Shown here: in pieces, positions 8,858-17,326 of the stretch
How the letters are laid out: the number at the start of each line of letters is the position of its first letter
Position numbering within the stretch: position 1 is the first letter of the stretch
Source of the DNA: Candidatus Nitrospira inopinata
Lineage (GTDB): Bacteria; Nitrospirota; Nitrospiria; Nitrospirales; Nitrospiraceae
NCBI RefSeq assembly: GCF_001458695.1
Contig: NZ_LN885086.1
Coordinates: forward strand, 2,880,001-2,912,000
Direction of reading: 5' to 3'
DNA length: 32,000 bases
Translations under genes and position numbers: made by a program
Notes under the pieces: model-generated
The model's database searches: none
Told to the model about the DNA's origin: nothing
Seen by the model: the letters and a program-made list of their open reading frames with translations, nothing else

Positions 8858-9046
8858 TCAGGATAGGTCTTGGTCCGGACCTCCTCGTATTGACAATACG
8901 GCCGCAACAATGATGTAGGCTACGACCGGAATAGCCCATAAGATGTTCGTGGTTTCAGACGAGAGAAACAGCCATATCGGTTCAGCAGCGAAGATAAAGA
9001 TCGCCAACATCGCAAATCCCAACCAATTGGTCCAACGCATACCCAT
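8858..9046 (-). CDS. Small two-TM membrane protein (62 aa), paralog B
   Basis: MGMRWTNWLGFAMLAIFIFAAEPIWLFLSSETTNILWAIPVVAYIIVAAVLSIRGGPDQDLS. SD AAAGGAG lies 8 nt upstream of the ATG at 9046. The RBS context is nearly identical to paralog A (AAAGGAGCAATCTCATG versus AAGGGAGCTAATCTCATG). Confidence 0.6.
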   Translation of the reverse strand: MGMRWTNWLGFAMLAIFIFAAEPIWLFLSSETTNILWAIPVVAYIIVAAVLSIRGGPDQDLS

Positions 9047-9160
9047 GAGATTGCTCCTTTTGTTCACCTCTAGACCTTGTATTGAGCCATAGTTTCTGCG
9101 CACTCAATGCAGATAGACAGACGCCAAAAGCTACACGATCGTATAGTGCATGAAGCTTCC

Positions 9161-9185
9161 GCATTGTCCGCATGGCGGACAATGC
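9161..9185. repeat. Perfect 11-bp inverted repeat with a 3-nt centre (GCATTGTCCGC-ATG-GCGGACAATGC)
   Basis: Read directly from the sequence. It lies in the 171-nt gap between the stop of the 9218-9532 ORF and the start of the 8858-9046 ORF. There is no U-tract on either strand. Confidence 0.7.
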
Positions 9186-9217
9186 TTGCCTGCTACGTTG
9201 TGCAAACAGCTGGCGTG

Positions 9218-9532
9218 TTAGACGCTGAGGGGAGGATGGAAGAGGAACACGACGAAGGTCGGGACGTATAGCCTGGGACTTGAGCTTGCCTTATCTGTGC
9301 AAGGAGATAGGGTCTCAGGAAAGGGAAGGAACACCGACTGGAATACAAAATGACAAGGACACCCATGATTCAACACGTTCCCCTCAGGAGACGGAGAATT
9401 GTCCACCATTTCGGCTTGTGCTGACTGGATCGCACCCTGCCATTCACCCAGGCACGAGAGACCGGTGAGTTGGACTCCAAGCAGGAGCACCAGCGCGATA
9501 AGCCACAGATGTGAGTGTCTCGGCTTTAACAT
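9218..9532 (-). CDS. Hypothetical small exported protein with an HGCPCH motif (104 aa)
   Basis: Internal start of the 9218-9793 track ORF: MLKPRHSHLWLIALVLLLGVQLTGLSCLGEWQ...NHGCPCHFVF. The N-terminus is signal-peptide-like. The upstream part of the long ORF overlaps the cusA 3' end and looks non-coding. TGTTATACT (extended -10 like) lies 10 nt upstream of the ATG, and there is no SD. Confidence 0.45.
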   Translation of the reverse strand: MLKPRHSHLWLIALVLLLGVQLTGLSCLGEWQGAIQSAQAEMVDNSPSPEGNVLNHGCPCHFVFQSVFLPFPETLSPCTDKASSSPRLYVPTFVVFLFHPPLSV

Positions 9533-9782
9533 GGACTTCGCTAGTATAACATAGCCGCTGAGAAAACTCCGTCCATTTTTTGTACCGCCTTTTTGTGCAT
9601 TGAGAAGAGTGTGGATTACCAGCGTTCTTTGCGGTCCGGACGGAACAAGCTGATAAGGGGATAGAGGCCAAGAATGTTTGACGCCCCTTCGCCCATGAGC
9701 AGCGCGAGAACGGAGAGAGGCAAGGAGGATGCGATGAGAGCAGAGACAACAGCGATTCTTGTGAGAGATACAGCACCAAGCC

Positions 9783-12700
9783 CTACGGTTCATCCGATTG
9801 GGCTACATCATATGCGGGCACATCCCCCTGTGGCTCCACTGCTGGAGCGCATCGGCTTCGCCACAAGGCATAGAGTACCGGAATCACCAGCAACGTCAAC
9901 ACCGTCGAACTCACCATGCCGCCGATCATCGGCGCGGCAATCCGCTTCATCACATCGGCCCCGGTGCCGGTAGTCCACATGATCGGAAGTAATCCGCCCA
10001 TGATCGCCGCCACCGTCATCATCTTAGGCCGCACTCGTTGAACCGCTCCCTCCATAATAGCGTCACGGAGATCCTGCGCCGTGGCCATGCGACCTTCGCG
10101 CACACGCCGCTCATACGCTTCATCGAGATAGACGAGCATGACCACGCCCGTCTCCGCCGCCACGCCGGCCAGCGCAATGATGCCCACCCAGACCGCCACG
10201 TTGAGGTTGTAGCCCAGGTAATGGAGGTACCAGATGGCTCCGATCACGGCGAAGGGGACGGACAGGAGCACGATCAGGGATTTCGTGAGCGATCGGAAAT
10301 TGAGATACAGGAGCAACAGAATCACGGCCAGTGTTACGGGAACCACCAGCTTCAACCGCTCTTCCGCCCGAACCAGATGTTCGTATTGACCGGTCCAAAT
10401 CAGCCAGTACCCAGAGGGAAGGGAGACCAGGTCACGGACTGCTCGTTGGGCGTCTTGAACATAGCCGCGCAAATCACGGCCGCTGACCGATACCGACACC
10501 AGGCCGGCGAGCGATCCTGCCTCATCCGCGATCGACGGGGGTCCTTGTGTGATCACCATTTCCGCGATTTGGCCGAGAGGGATCTGCGCGCCAGTCGGCG
10601 TGGGAATCAGCACCCGTTTGAGCCGGTCCGGATCGTCGCGCAACTCACGTTTGTAACGAACATTGACCGGATACCGTTCTCGCCCCTCAACCGTGGTCGT
10701 CACGGTTTCTCCTCCGATGGCCGAAGTGATCACCGTTTGCACATCGCCCACCGTCAGGCCATAGCGAGCCGCCTCACGTCGGTTCACGATCACATCCAAG
10801 TAGTAGCCCTCATTGAGCCGTTCGGCGAAGGCGCTCTTGGTGCCGGGCACGGTTGCCAAGGCCTGTTCGATCTCGATGCCGATTCGCTCGATCGTCTTTA
10901 AATCCGGTCCCAGCACCTTGATGCCGACCGGACTTCGGACACCCGTCGTGATCATCTCCGTGCGGGTCTGGATCGGCATCCACCAGATGTTCGGAAATCC
11001 AGGGATGCGCAGTTTGGCATCCATCTCATCAAGCAACCGGTCCCAGGTCATGCCTGGCCGCCACTGCGATTCCGGCTTGAGCGTGACCGTGATCTCGGCC
11101 ATTCCGACGAAGGCTGGATCGGTCGCGGTCGGGGCCTTCCCCATCTTGCCGAACACCCGTTCCACTTCCGGGAAGGTGGTGAGCAACTGATCCTGGACCT
11201 GCAAGACCTTCGTCGCTTCAGGTATCGAAAGGCCTGGGACCGTCGTCGGCATGTAGAGGATGGTGCCCTCGTTCAGCGGCGGCATGAATTCTGCCCCGAG
11301 TCGCGTGAACACCGGCACCGTGATGGCCACCGCCGCTACCGCCAGCCCCAGCGTCAACCACCTGACTCGCAACGCCCCTGAGAGGATGGGCCGATACAAC
11401 GCGATCAGCAACCGGTTCAAGGGATTCTTGGTTTCCGCTCGGATGTGGCCTCGAATCAGGACCACCATGAGTACGGGCGCCAATGTTACCGAGAGCGCGG
11501 TGGCAAAGAGCATCGAAAAGGTCTTGGTATAGGCCAACGGCGTGAACAGTCGCCCTTCCTGGGATTCCAGCGCAAAGATCGGCAGGAAAGACACAGCAAT
11601 CACAAGAAGTGAGAAGAATAGGGGCCGCCCAACTTCTTTCGCAGCAGCGATGATGATTTCCGTTCGGTTGCCTGAGGGAGATTGTTCCAACCGTTTATGG
11701 GCATTCTCGACCATCACAATCGCGGCATCGACCATGGCTCCAATGGCAATGGCGATCCCGCCGAGCGACATGATGTTGGACGTAATCTTCAAGTAGGCCA
11801 TTGGAATAAAAGCGAGCAGCACCGCCACTGGGAGAATGAGGATGGCCACAAGGGCGCTTCGAACATGAAACAGAAAGATCACCGCGATCAGGCTGACGAT
11901 CACACTTTCTTCAAGCAGTTTTTCGCGGAGGACGGCAATCGCGCGATAAATGAGATCAGACCGATCGTAGGTGGGAACTATGCGCACTCCTCCAGGCAAA
12001 GCCGGGGCGATTTCTTGCAGCCTTGCTTTGATCCGCTCGATCACGGCGAGCGCGTTCTCTCCGGCCCGCATGATCACAATCCCGCCGACCGTCTGGCCCT
12101 TGCCGTCCAACTCGGCGATGCCCCGACGCTGATCCGGCCCGAGTTGGACATGCCCGATGTCTCGCACCAGGATCGGCGTGCCCCGTCCATCCGTGCCGAC
12201 CGGAATCAGCTCGATTTCACCAGCCGACTGCAGATAGCCTCGTCCTCGAATGACGTACTCGGTGCCGGCCATCTCCAAAACGCGGCCGCTCACTTCCGCG
12301 TTGCTGTTGCGGACGGCTTCGATGACCCTCTGAATCGGCAGCCGATACGCCGCTAAGGTGTTGGGGTCCACTTCGATTTGGTATTGTTTGACGAATCCAC
12401 CAATCGATGAGACCTCCGCTACGCCTGGCACACTCTCCAATTGGTAACGCAGATACCAATCCTGAAGGCTCCGGAGCTGCGCCAGATCGTGCGTCCCGGA
12501 CTCGTCCACCAACGCATACTGATAGACCCACCCAACACCGGTTGCGTCCGGTCCCAAGGTCGGCGTGACACCGATCGGCAACTTGCCGGTGAGCTTCTGG
12601 AGATATTCGAGGACACGACTTCTTGCCCAGTAGAGATCGGTTCGGTCTTCGAAGATCACATAGACGTAGGAGACTCCGTATTCCGACACCCCTCGGACTC

Positions 12701-12941
12701 GTTTGACTCTGGGTCCCGCGAGCAGAGAGCTCACGACCGGGTAGGTGATCTGATCTTCAATGAGGGTCGGGCTCCGCCCCTGCCATTCGGTATAGACAAT
12801 GACCTGAACATCAGATAGATCCGGGATCGCATCCAACGGCACCTGAAACACCGCCCATAGGCCCCCGCCTGCCAGCAGTAATGTACAGAGGATGACGAGG
12901 ACCGGATTCCGTGCACTCCCTTCAATAAGTCGCGTGATCAT
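9783..12941 (-). CDS. cusA: HME-RND inner-membrane efflux pump, CusA-like (Cu/Ag)
   Basis: 1052 aa. It has the TM4 motif AIAIGAMVDAAIVMVEN typical of CusA. The periplasmic cleft segments carry the methionines used by CusA (AEFMPPLNEGTILYMPTT, FVGMAEITVTLKP, RTEMITTGVRSPVGIKV). Confidence 0.93.
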   Translation of the reverse strand: MITRLIEGSARNPVLVILCTLLLAGGGLWAVFQVPLDAIPDLSDVQVIVYTEWQGRSPTLIEDQITYPVVSSLLAGPRVKRVRGVSEYGVSYVYVIFEDRTDLYWARSRVLEYLQKLTGKLPIGVTPTLGPDATGVGWVYQYALVDESGTHDLAQLRSLQDWYLRYQLESVPGVAEVSSIGGFVKQYQIEVDPNTLAAYRLPIQRVIEAVRNSNAEVSGRVLEMAGTEYVIRGRGYLQSAGEIELIPVGTDGRGTPILVRDIGHVQLGPDQRRGIAELDGKGQTVGGIVIMRAGENALAVIERIKARLQEIAPALPGGVRIVPTYDRSDLIYRAIAVLREKLLEESVIVSLIAVIFLFHVRSALVAILILPVAVLLAFIPMAYLKITSNIMSLGGIAIAIGAMVDAAIVMVENAHKRLEQSPSGNRTEIIIAAAKEVGRPLFFSLLVIAVSFLPIFALESQEGRLFTPLAYTKTFSMLFATALSVTLAPVLMVVLIRGHIRAETKNPLNRLLIALYRPILSGALRVRWLTLGLAVAAVAITVPVFTRLGAEFMPPLNEGTILYMPTTVPGLSIPEATKVLQVQDQLLTTFPEVERVFGKMGKAPTATDPAFVGMAEITVTLKPESQWRPGMTWDRLLDEMDAKLRIPGFPNIWWMPIQTRTEMITTGVRSPVGIKVLGPDLKTIERIGIEIEQALATVPGTKSAFAERLNEGYYLDVIVNRREAARYGLTVGDVQTVITSAIGGETVTTTVEGRERYPVNVRYKRELRDDPDRLKRVLIPTPTGAQIPLGQIAEMVITQGPPSIADEAGSLAGLVSVSVSGRDLRGYVQDAQRAVRDLVSLPSGYWLIWTGQYEHLVRAEERLKLVVPVTLAVILLLLYLNFRSLTKSLIVLLSVPFAVIGAIWYLHYLGYNLNVAVWVGIIALAGVAAETGVVMLVYLDEAYERRVREGRMATAQDLRDAIMEGAVQRVRPKMMTVAAIMGGLLPIMWTTGTGADVMKRIAAPMIGGMVSSTVLTLLVIPVLYALWRSRCAPAVEPQGDVPAYDVAQSDEP

Positions 12942-12991
12942 TGTTTTTCACCCTCCCACCCCGCGGGTTCCGAGACGCCTGCTTCCCCCAA

Positions 12992-14908
12992 CTACATGCC
13001 TCCCCCTGCGACCAGGAAGTGAAACTTTTCAATAACCGGTGGTTGGCCAGGGATGGTCACGGTAACGGTCACGACCCACGTACCGCCCATACCGAACATC
13101 ACCTTGCCTTCATAGAGCCCGTCCTTAGTATGGAGCGCCGTCACCTTGGAATCGGTCATGCCTGGCATCGGCATCGTATAGACGAACAGGACTTGCGCAT
13201 TGGTCACTGGCTTGCCGCTCGGATTCGTCACCCTGAGCCTGAGGAGCACCTCACCGGCCTTGGGTGTTTTAGGCAGAGTCGTGAAGGTCAGGGTGTGTCC
13301 GGCTACCTTACGGGTTTCGGAGATGGCTTTGGTTGAACCCGTCTCCATACCCGGCATGCCGCTCATATCCTTCATGCCTGGCATTTCTTCCATGCCTTTC
13401 ATGCCCTCCATGCCCTTCATTCCTTCCATCCCATGCATGCCTTTCATTCCCTCCATTCCTCTCATACCGGACATACCCTCCATTCCTTGCATCCCCTGCA
13501 TGCCGGACATGCCGTGCATACCTTTCATGCTGTCCATCTCACCCGCCCGCCCTGGCGGCGCCGAGACGCCGCCTTCTCCCATGGCCATCTTGGCCTCATA
13601 GGCGCCGCGCATTTGCCAATCGCCCATGCCGATCCGGCCCATCATGCCCTGCATGCTCGAAGCCGATGCCAATTTACTTTCCGCGTCCAACAAGAAATTG
13701 GCCGAGGTAACGATTCGATCCCCTTCCTTGAGTCCTTCCATCACTTCCACTGCATCCTGACTCCGGCGCCCCAGCTTGACTGAAGCAGGCTCATACCGAC
13801 CTTGCCCCCGATCCATGAACACGAGTTGGCGAAGCCCGGTGTTCAGCACGGCTTCCTTGGGCACGACCAAGGTCCTGATCGCATCGGTCTGCAAAGTCAC
13901 GTTCCCGTACATGCCCGGCTTCAGCTTCAGTTCAGGATTCGGAAATTCAACCCGGACTCGCACCGTGCGGGCTTCGGTATTCAACGTCGGATAGATATAA
14001 GTCACCTTTCCACTGAACATTTCTCCCGGATAGGCGGCGAAGGTGACCGAAGCTGGTTGAGCGACTTTTACGGCAGCCACTTCTGATTCGTAAATATCGG
14101 CAGAGATCCAGGCTGTGGACAAATCCGCGATCTCGTACAGTGTCGTGCCCGGCTCCACATATTTCCCCGGCAAAGCCTCACGTTTCATCACGATCCCGGA
14201 GGAAGGAGCGTAGACTGTGAGCACCGGATCGGCGTGGCCGCGACGCTCAAGCGCCGCGATTTGTGCATCGGTCACATCCCAGAGTCGCAAGCGCTCCCGC
14301 GCACTCGCCACGAGCGCGTCAGCGCCAGCTTTTGCTTCGTCGAGTGGGCTTTCGGCCAGTTGCGCCCGTGTTTTTATGGCGAGGAGATACTCGTCTTGCG
14401 TGACCAAGAGATCCGGCGAGTAGACCGTGAAGAGCGGTTCACCTTTCCGTACCGGTCGACCGATCGAATCGACGAAGACCTTTCGAACCCACCCGGAGGT
14501 TTTCAGCGTCACTTGCGTGAAACCCCGTTCGTCGTAGCCGACCGTGCCGACCGTACGGATCTCTTCCTGCAGCGTTGCGTGGGCTGTCGGGGCACTGCGG
14601 ACGCCGATCAACTGTCTTGCCACAGCTGGAACAGTCACGGCTCCGGACGGAGCGTCCGACATATCTGGCGCTGGTTCGATGTCGCTCATGGATTTCGCGC
14701 CTTCCATTGGCATTCCCTTCATGTCGCCCACGCCCGCCATGCCTTTCATACCTTCCATCCCACGACCCTTCATCTCTCCACTGCTTTGCATCCCCGACAT
14801 ATCGCTCATCATCCGATGCGCGGCGAAGAATCCGGCGGTGATTCCGACGAACAAACTGACGACCGCGACACCGACAACAAGTCTCTTTCTACGCATGTCG
14901 TGATTCAT
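12992..14908 (-). CDS. cusB: CusB-like periplasmic adaptor with Met-rich tracts and an extra C-terminal beta-rich domain
   Basis: HlyD/CusB core spans roughly aa 100-425. The N-terminal Met-rich segment reads MSDMSGMQSSGEMKGRGMEGMKGMAGVGDMKGMPMEG. There is a long (GMx)n tract and a C-terminal domain of about 105 aa (TLTFTTLPKTPKAGEVLLRLRVTNPSGKPV...GTWVVTVTVTIPG) resembling YtkA/FixH-type Ig-like domains. The start is placed at ATG 14908, 7 nt after GGAGGA. ATGs at 14914 and 14938 are alternatives. Confidence 0.88.
   Translation of the reverse strand: MNHDMRRKRLVVGVAVVSLFVGITAGFFAAHRMMSDMSGMQSSGEMKGRGMEGMKGMAGVGDMKGMPMEGAKSMSDIEPAPDMSDAPSGAVTVPAVARQLIGVRSAPTAHATLQEEIRTVGTVGYDERGFTQVTLKTSGWVRKVFVDSIGRPVRKGEPLFTVYSPDLLVTQDEYLLAIKTRAQLAESPLDEAKAGADALVASARERLRLWDVTDAQIAALERRGHADPVLTVYAPSSGIVMKREALPGKYVEPGTTLYEIADLSTAWISADIYESEVAAVKVAQPASVTFAAYPGEMFSGKVTYIYPTLNTEARTVRVRVEFPNPELKLKPGMYGNVTLQTDAIRTLVVPKEAVLNTGLRQLVFMDRGQGRYEPASVKLGRRSQDAVEVMEGLKEGDRIVTSANFLLDAESKLASASSMQGMMGRIGMGDWQMRGAYEAKMAMGEGGVSAPPGRAGEMDSMKGMHGMSGMQGMQGMEGMSGMRGMEGMKGMHGMEGMKGMEGMKGMEEMPGMKDMSGMPGMETGSTKAISETRKVAGHTLTFTTLPKTPKAGEVLLRLRVTNPSGKPVTNAQVLFVYTMPMPGMTDSKVTALHTKDGLYEGKVMFGMGGTWVVTVTVTIPGQPPVIEKFHFLVAGGGM
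13346..13537 (-). repeat. Coding tandem 9-nt (3-codon) periodic repeat encoding (G-M-x)n within cusB
   Basis: Translates to MDSMKGMHGMSGMQGMQGMEGMSGMRGMEGMKGMHGMEGMKGMEGMKGMEEMPGMKDMSGMPGM. That is 22 Met in 64 residues, almost perfectly every third residue. The DNA shows reiterated catgcc/cattcc units. Confidence 0.9.
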
Positions 14909-14924
14909 GGCCATTCCTCCGTTT

Positions 14925-16214
14925 TTAGCTGTTTCCATTCAGGTCGGTTCCGATCACCTGTTCGAGTTCCGCGAGTCGGTGCTCCCGCTCGACCAGCGCT
15001 CGGTAGTACTCATGCTGATATCCTCGCCAAGCCCGCTGCGTATCAATAAGATCCAGAAACCCTCCCTTTCCCACACGATATCCCGCCCGTGCTGCTTCAA
15101 GGTTCTGTACGGCCTGGGGCAGGATCGTGGTGTGATACAACCTCGCCACCTGTTCGCTCGCCCGGACCCTGGCCAAGAGGTCGTTGACTTGAAAACGCGT
15201 CAGGTTTTCCAGCTGGTGCCGTTGTGCGCGCGCAGCTGCAACGGACGCTGTGGCTTCTTGGACGCCTGCGTCATACTTCGGCTTCGTCCAGAATGCGAAG
15301 GGAATGGTCATCGCCACATAGGCGCCAAATCCATCGTTGGCTTGAAAATTCTGGAAACGCTGAAACGCCACGTTGAAGTCCGGGTAGTACTGACGCTGGG
15401 CGAGCGCGCGGGACTGTTCGCCGTGTTGGACCGCCAGTTCGGCGGCTTTCAACTCCGGTCTGGCATTCAGTGCAAGACGGTGCAGGTCGTCGATGGTGGT
15501 ATCGATCGGCGTCGGAGAGGGCTCTTGAGGAATGCCCAAGGGCGATAGGGGGTCCCTGTCCAGGAGCGTGTTCAGTTGCGCTGCGGCCGTCTCGCGACGC
15601 TGTTCCAGGACGGGCAGTTGCTGGTGCAATACAGACAGCTCGACCTGAGCCTTGAGCACATCAGCCTGCGATCCCTTTCCAGTCCGAAACTTCGCGTTTG
15701 CAATCTCGACGAACTGCCTGAGCAATTCGACCTGTTCATGATGAATCTGGATCGCCTTGTGCGCGAGAAACAGGTCGTAGTAGGCCTGCTTGAGGCGGGC
15801 AACCAGCTCCCTTTCTTTCCCATGCAACACCTGTTCGGTCATCTCGGCCGACCGACTCGCTATTTCACCCTTCAGAGCCAGTTTGCCGGGGAACGGGAAA
15901 TTCTGTGAAAGACCGAAGATGCTGTTGTCCGCCCGCGTGACATTGAAGGTCTGCGGGAAATTCCACAAGTGGACTGACAGGGTGGGGTCGTCTAGCGACC
16001 GAGCCTGGGTAATTCGATTCGTGGCCGCCTCCCATTGCTTGCGCGCCGCCACAAGTTCTGGATTTCTGGCCAAGGCTTCCGGGATCAGATCCGGTAACGC
16101 CAATGACAGCTGCGCCGTCTGATCGGCAGCATGGGCGACATGGCGTTCGCCTGTCGCCAAGGCCATGCCTAAAACTGTTATGACCGACAACAAAAATCGA
16201 ATTGGATGAGTCAT
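14925..16214 (-). CDS. cusC: Outer-membrane efflux factor, CusC/TolC family
   Basis: OEP-family protein with signal peptide MTHPIRFLLSVITVLGMALATG. The start is placed at ATG 16214, 7 nt after GGGGAGGA. It is the first gene of the C-B-A operon. Confidence 0.88.
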   Translation of the reverse strand: MTHPIRFLLSVITVLGMALATGERHVAHAADQTAQLSLALPDLIPEALARNPELVAARKQWEAATNRITQARSLDDPTLSVHLWNFPQTFNVTRADNSIFGLSQNFPFPGKLALKGEIASRSAEMTEQVLHGKERELVARLKQAYYDLFLAHKAIQIHHEQVELLRQFVEIANAKFRTGKGSQADVLKAQVELSVLHQQLPVLEQRRETAAAQLNTLLDRDPLSPLGIPQEPSPTPIDTTIDDLHRLALNARPELKAAELAVQHGEQSRALAQRQYYPDFNVAFQRFQNFQANDGFGAYVAMTIPFAFWTKPKYDAGVQEATASVAAARAQRHQLENLTRFQVNDLLARVRASEQVARLYHTTILPQAVQNLEAARAGYRVGKGGFLDLIDTQRAWRGYQHEYYRALVEREHRLAELEQVIGTDLNGNS

Positions 16215-16362
16215 GGGATGGTCCTCCCCAAGAGCTTTCTTGTCCACGCCTGTCGCGGATCTCGGACCCCGGCTTGCTACACAAGAAGCAGCGGGATGAA
16301 CTGAGGTTCAGCGCCGGGCAGATACCGCGATGATGAAACGGTAGAAGGAAGAACCGGGGAGA

Positions 16363-16740
16363 TCAGATACGAAGCACGGTGCTTGGGAGAGACTCATGCG
16401 GAGGAGAACTCGATTCGAGAGAGTGATATGGGTTGGAAATTCGTGCGAGCCGGCAACTCACGGCTGGAAGCGCAACCGGTGCCTGGTCTGCCGCCGACCA
16501 ATGATGGTCCATGTGCAACGAAGTCGACTGTGGGGAGGACTCAATGCCCAGCGTTTTGAAGGCATCACATAACTGCCGAACCGGCTGCTCCTCGGGAGTT
16601 GAACAGCCGTTTGCCATTGACGCATCGGTGGTCCCCGCCAGCGGTAGGAGACAGGCGTAGGCATTGAAACTGAACGCCAGTAGGAACACCACAATGGTTA
16701 TGGCGACAAAAGATCGGGAATGATGGGAACCTAATCGCAT
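16363..16740 (-). CDS. Hypothetical small exported Cys-containing protein immediately upstream of cusC (125 aa)
   Basis: MRLGSHHSRSFVAITIVVFLLAFSFNAYACLLPLAG...GCSTPEEQPVRQLCDAF...HMDHHW. It has an N-terminal signal/anchor. It occupies the position held by small CzcI-type proteins in some czc operons. No domain was recognised. Confidence 0.45.
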   Translation of the reverse strand: MRLGSHHSRSFVAITIVVFLLAFSFNAYACLLPLAGTTDASMANGCSTPEEQPVRQLCDAFKTLGIESSPQSTSLHMDHHWSAADQAPVALPAVSCRLARISNPYHSLESSSPPHESLPSTVLRI

Positions 16741-16807
16741 GCTGTCAGTCTATCCCTCATCCCTGTTACCCGTCAACGGTACTTCTCATACATGAGCCTT
16801 CGATCGG

Positions 16808-16842
16808 CAAATGCAAACAAATCCACCATCCTTCTGGGTGGA
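16808..16842 (-). terminator. Possible intrinsic terminator after the CMD-family gene
   Basis: Minus-strand read: TCCACC-cagaaggat-GGTGGA followed by TTTGTTTGCATTT. It begins about 30 nt after the stop at 16875. The stem is short (6 bp) and the T-tract is interrupted. Confidence 0.35.
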
Positions 16843-16874
16843 AGGGGAGAAATCTACTTCATCGGCATGCCGGC

Positions 16875-17279
16875 TCATGAGGCTCCTTCCTCATCAGTCT
16901 GGTTCCTATCGTCATTCTTACAACAAGCGGATGTCTCTGAGCCTCTCTGACCATCTACACAGTCTTTATACGCCGCGTAGGCCTTGAGAGCCCATTCCTC
17001 ACCAGGACAACCTTGCATCGTCATCGCGACTTCGAGGAATTCAACCAATTCTTCCTGGGTGATGCCCTGCCGGTAGGCCATCCGCACGTAGGCTTGAATG
17101 CAAGGTTCGCAACGAATCGCGATGGAAATCGTCATGGCAGTGAGCAGTTTGTACTTGGTGGCCACGGCTCCATCCCGATACGTCTGTTGCCGCATGCGCA
17201 ACAGCCCTCCGGTAACCACAGGACTCAGCTTCCGCAGTTCGGCAAACAGACCGTTCGCAGTATTCGTCTCCTGAATCAT
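16875..17279 (-). CDS. Carboxymuconolactone decarboxylase (CMD)/AhpD-fold family protein, Cys-rich (134 aa)
   Basis: The core KYKLLTAMTISIAIRCEPCIQAYVRMAYRQGITQEELVEFLEVA matches the CMD/AhpD helix-CxxC-helix pattern. Further Cys occur at QGCPG, KDCVDG and C-terminal SACC. The start is placed at ATG 17279, 7 nt after GAAGGAGG. Confidence 0.75.
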   Translation of the reverse strand: MIQETNTANGLFAELRKLSPVVTGGLLRMRQQTYRDGAVATKYKLLTAMTISIAIRCEPCIQAYVRMAYRQGITQEELVEFLEVAMTMQGCPGEEWALKAYAAYKDCVDGQRGSETSACCKNDDRNQTDEEGAS

Positions 17280-17326
17280 TACCACGCCTCCTTCAAGTTC
17301 GTAGCCTGACAATGGAAGACCGCTAT

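Noticed and set aside
9533-9793. N-terminal 87 codons of the 191-aa track ORF 9218-9793.
   Set aside because: - This part overlaps the 3' end of cusA.
- It is Cys/Arg/His-rich nonsense with no RBS.
- The signal-peptide-like start at 9532 is the only plausible start.
13330-13660. Highly regular short DNA repeats that could be mistaken for a CRISPR array or a non-coding satellite.
   Set aside because: - The period is 9 nt with no spacers.
- It is in frame within cusB and translates to (G-M-x)n.
- It is a coding repeat, not a CRISPR array.
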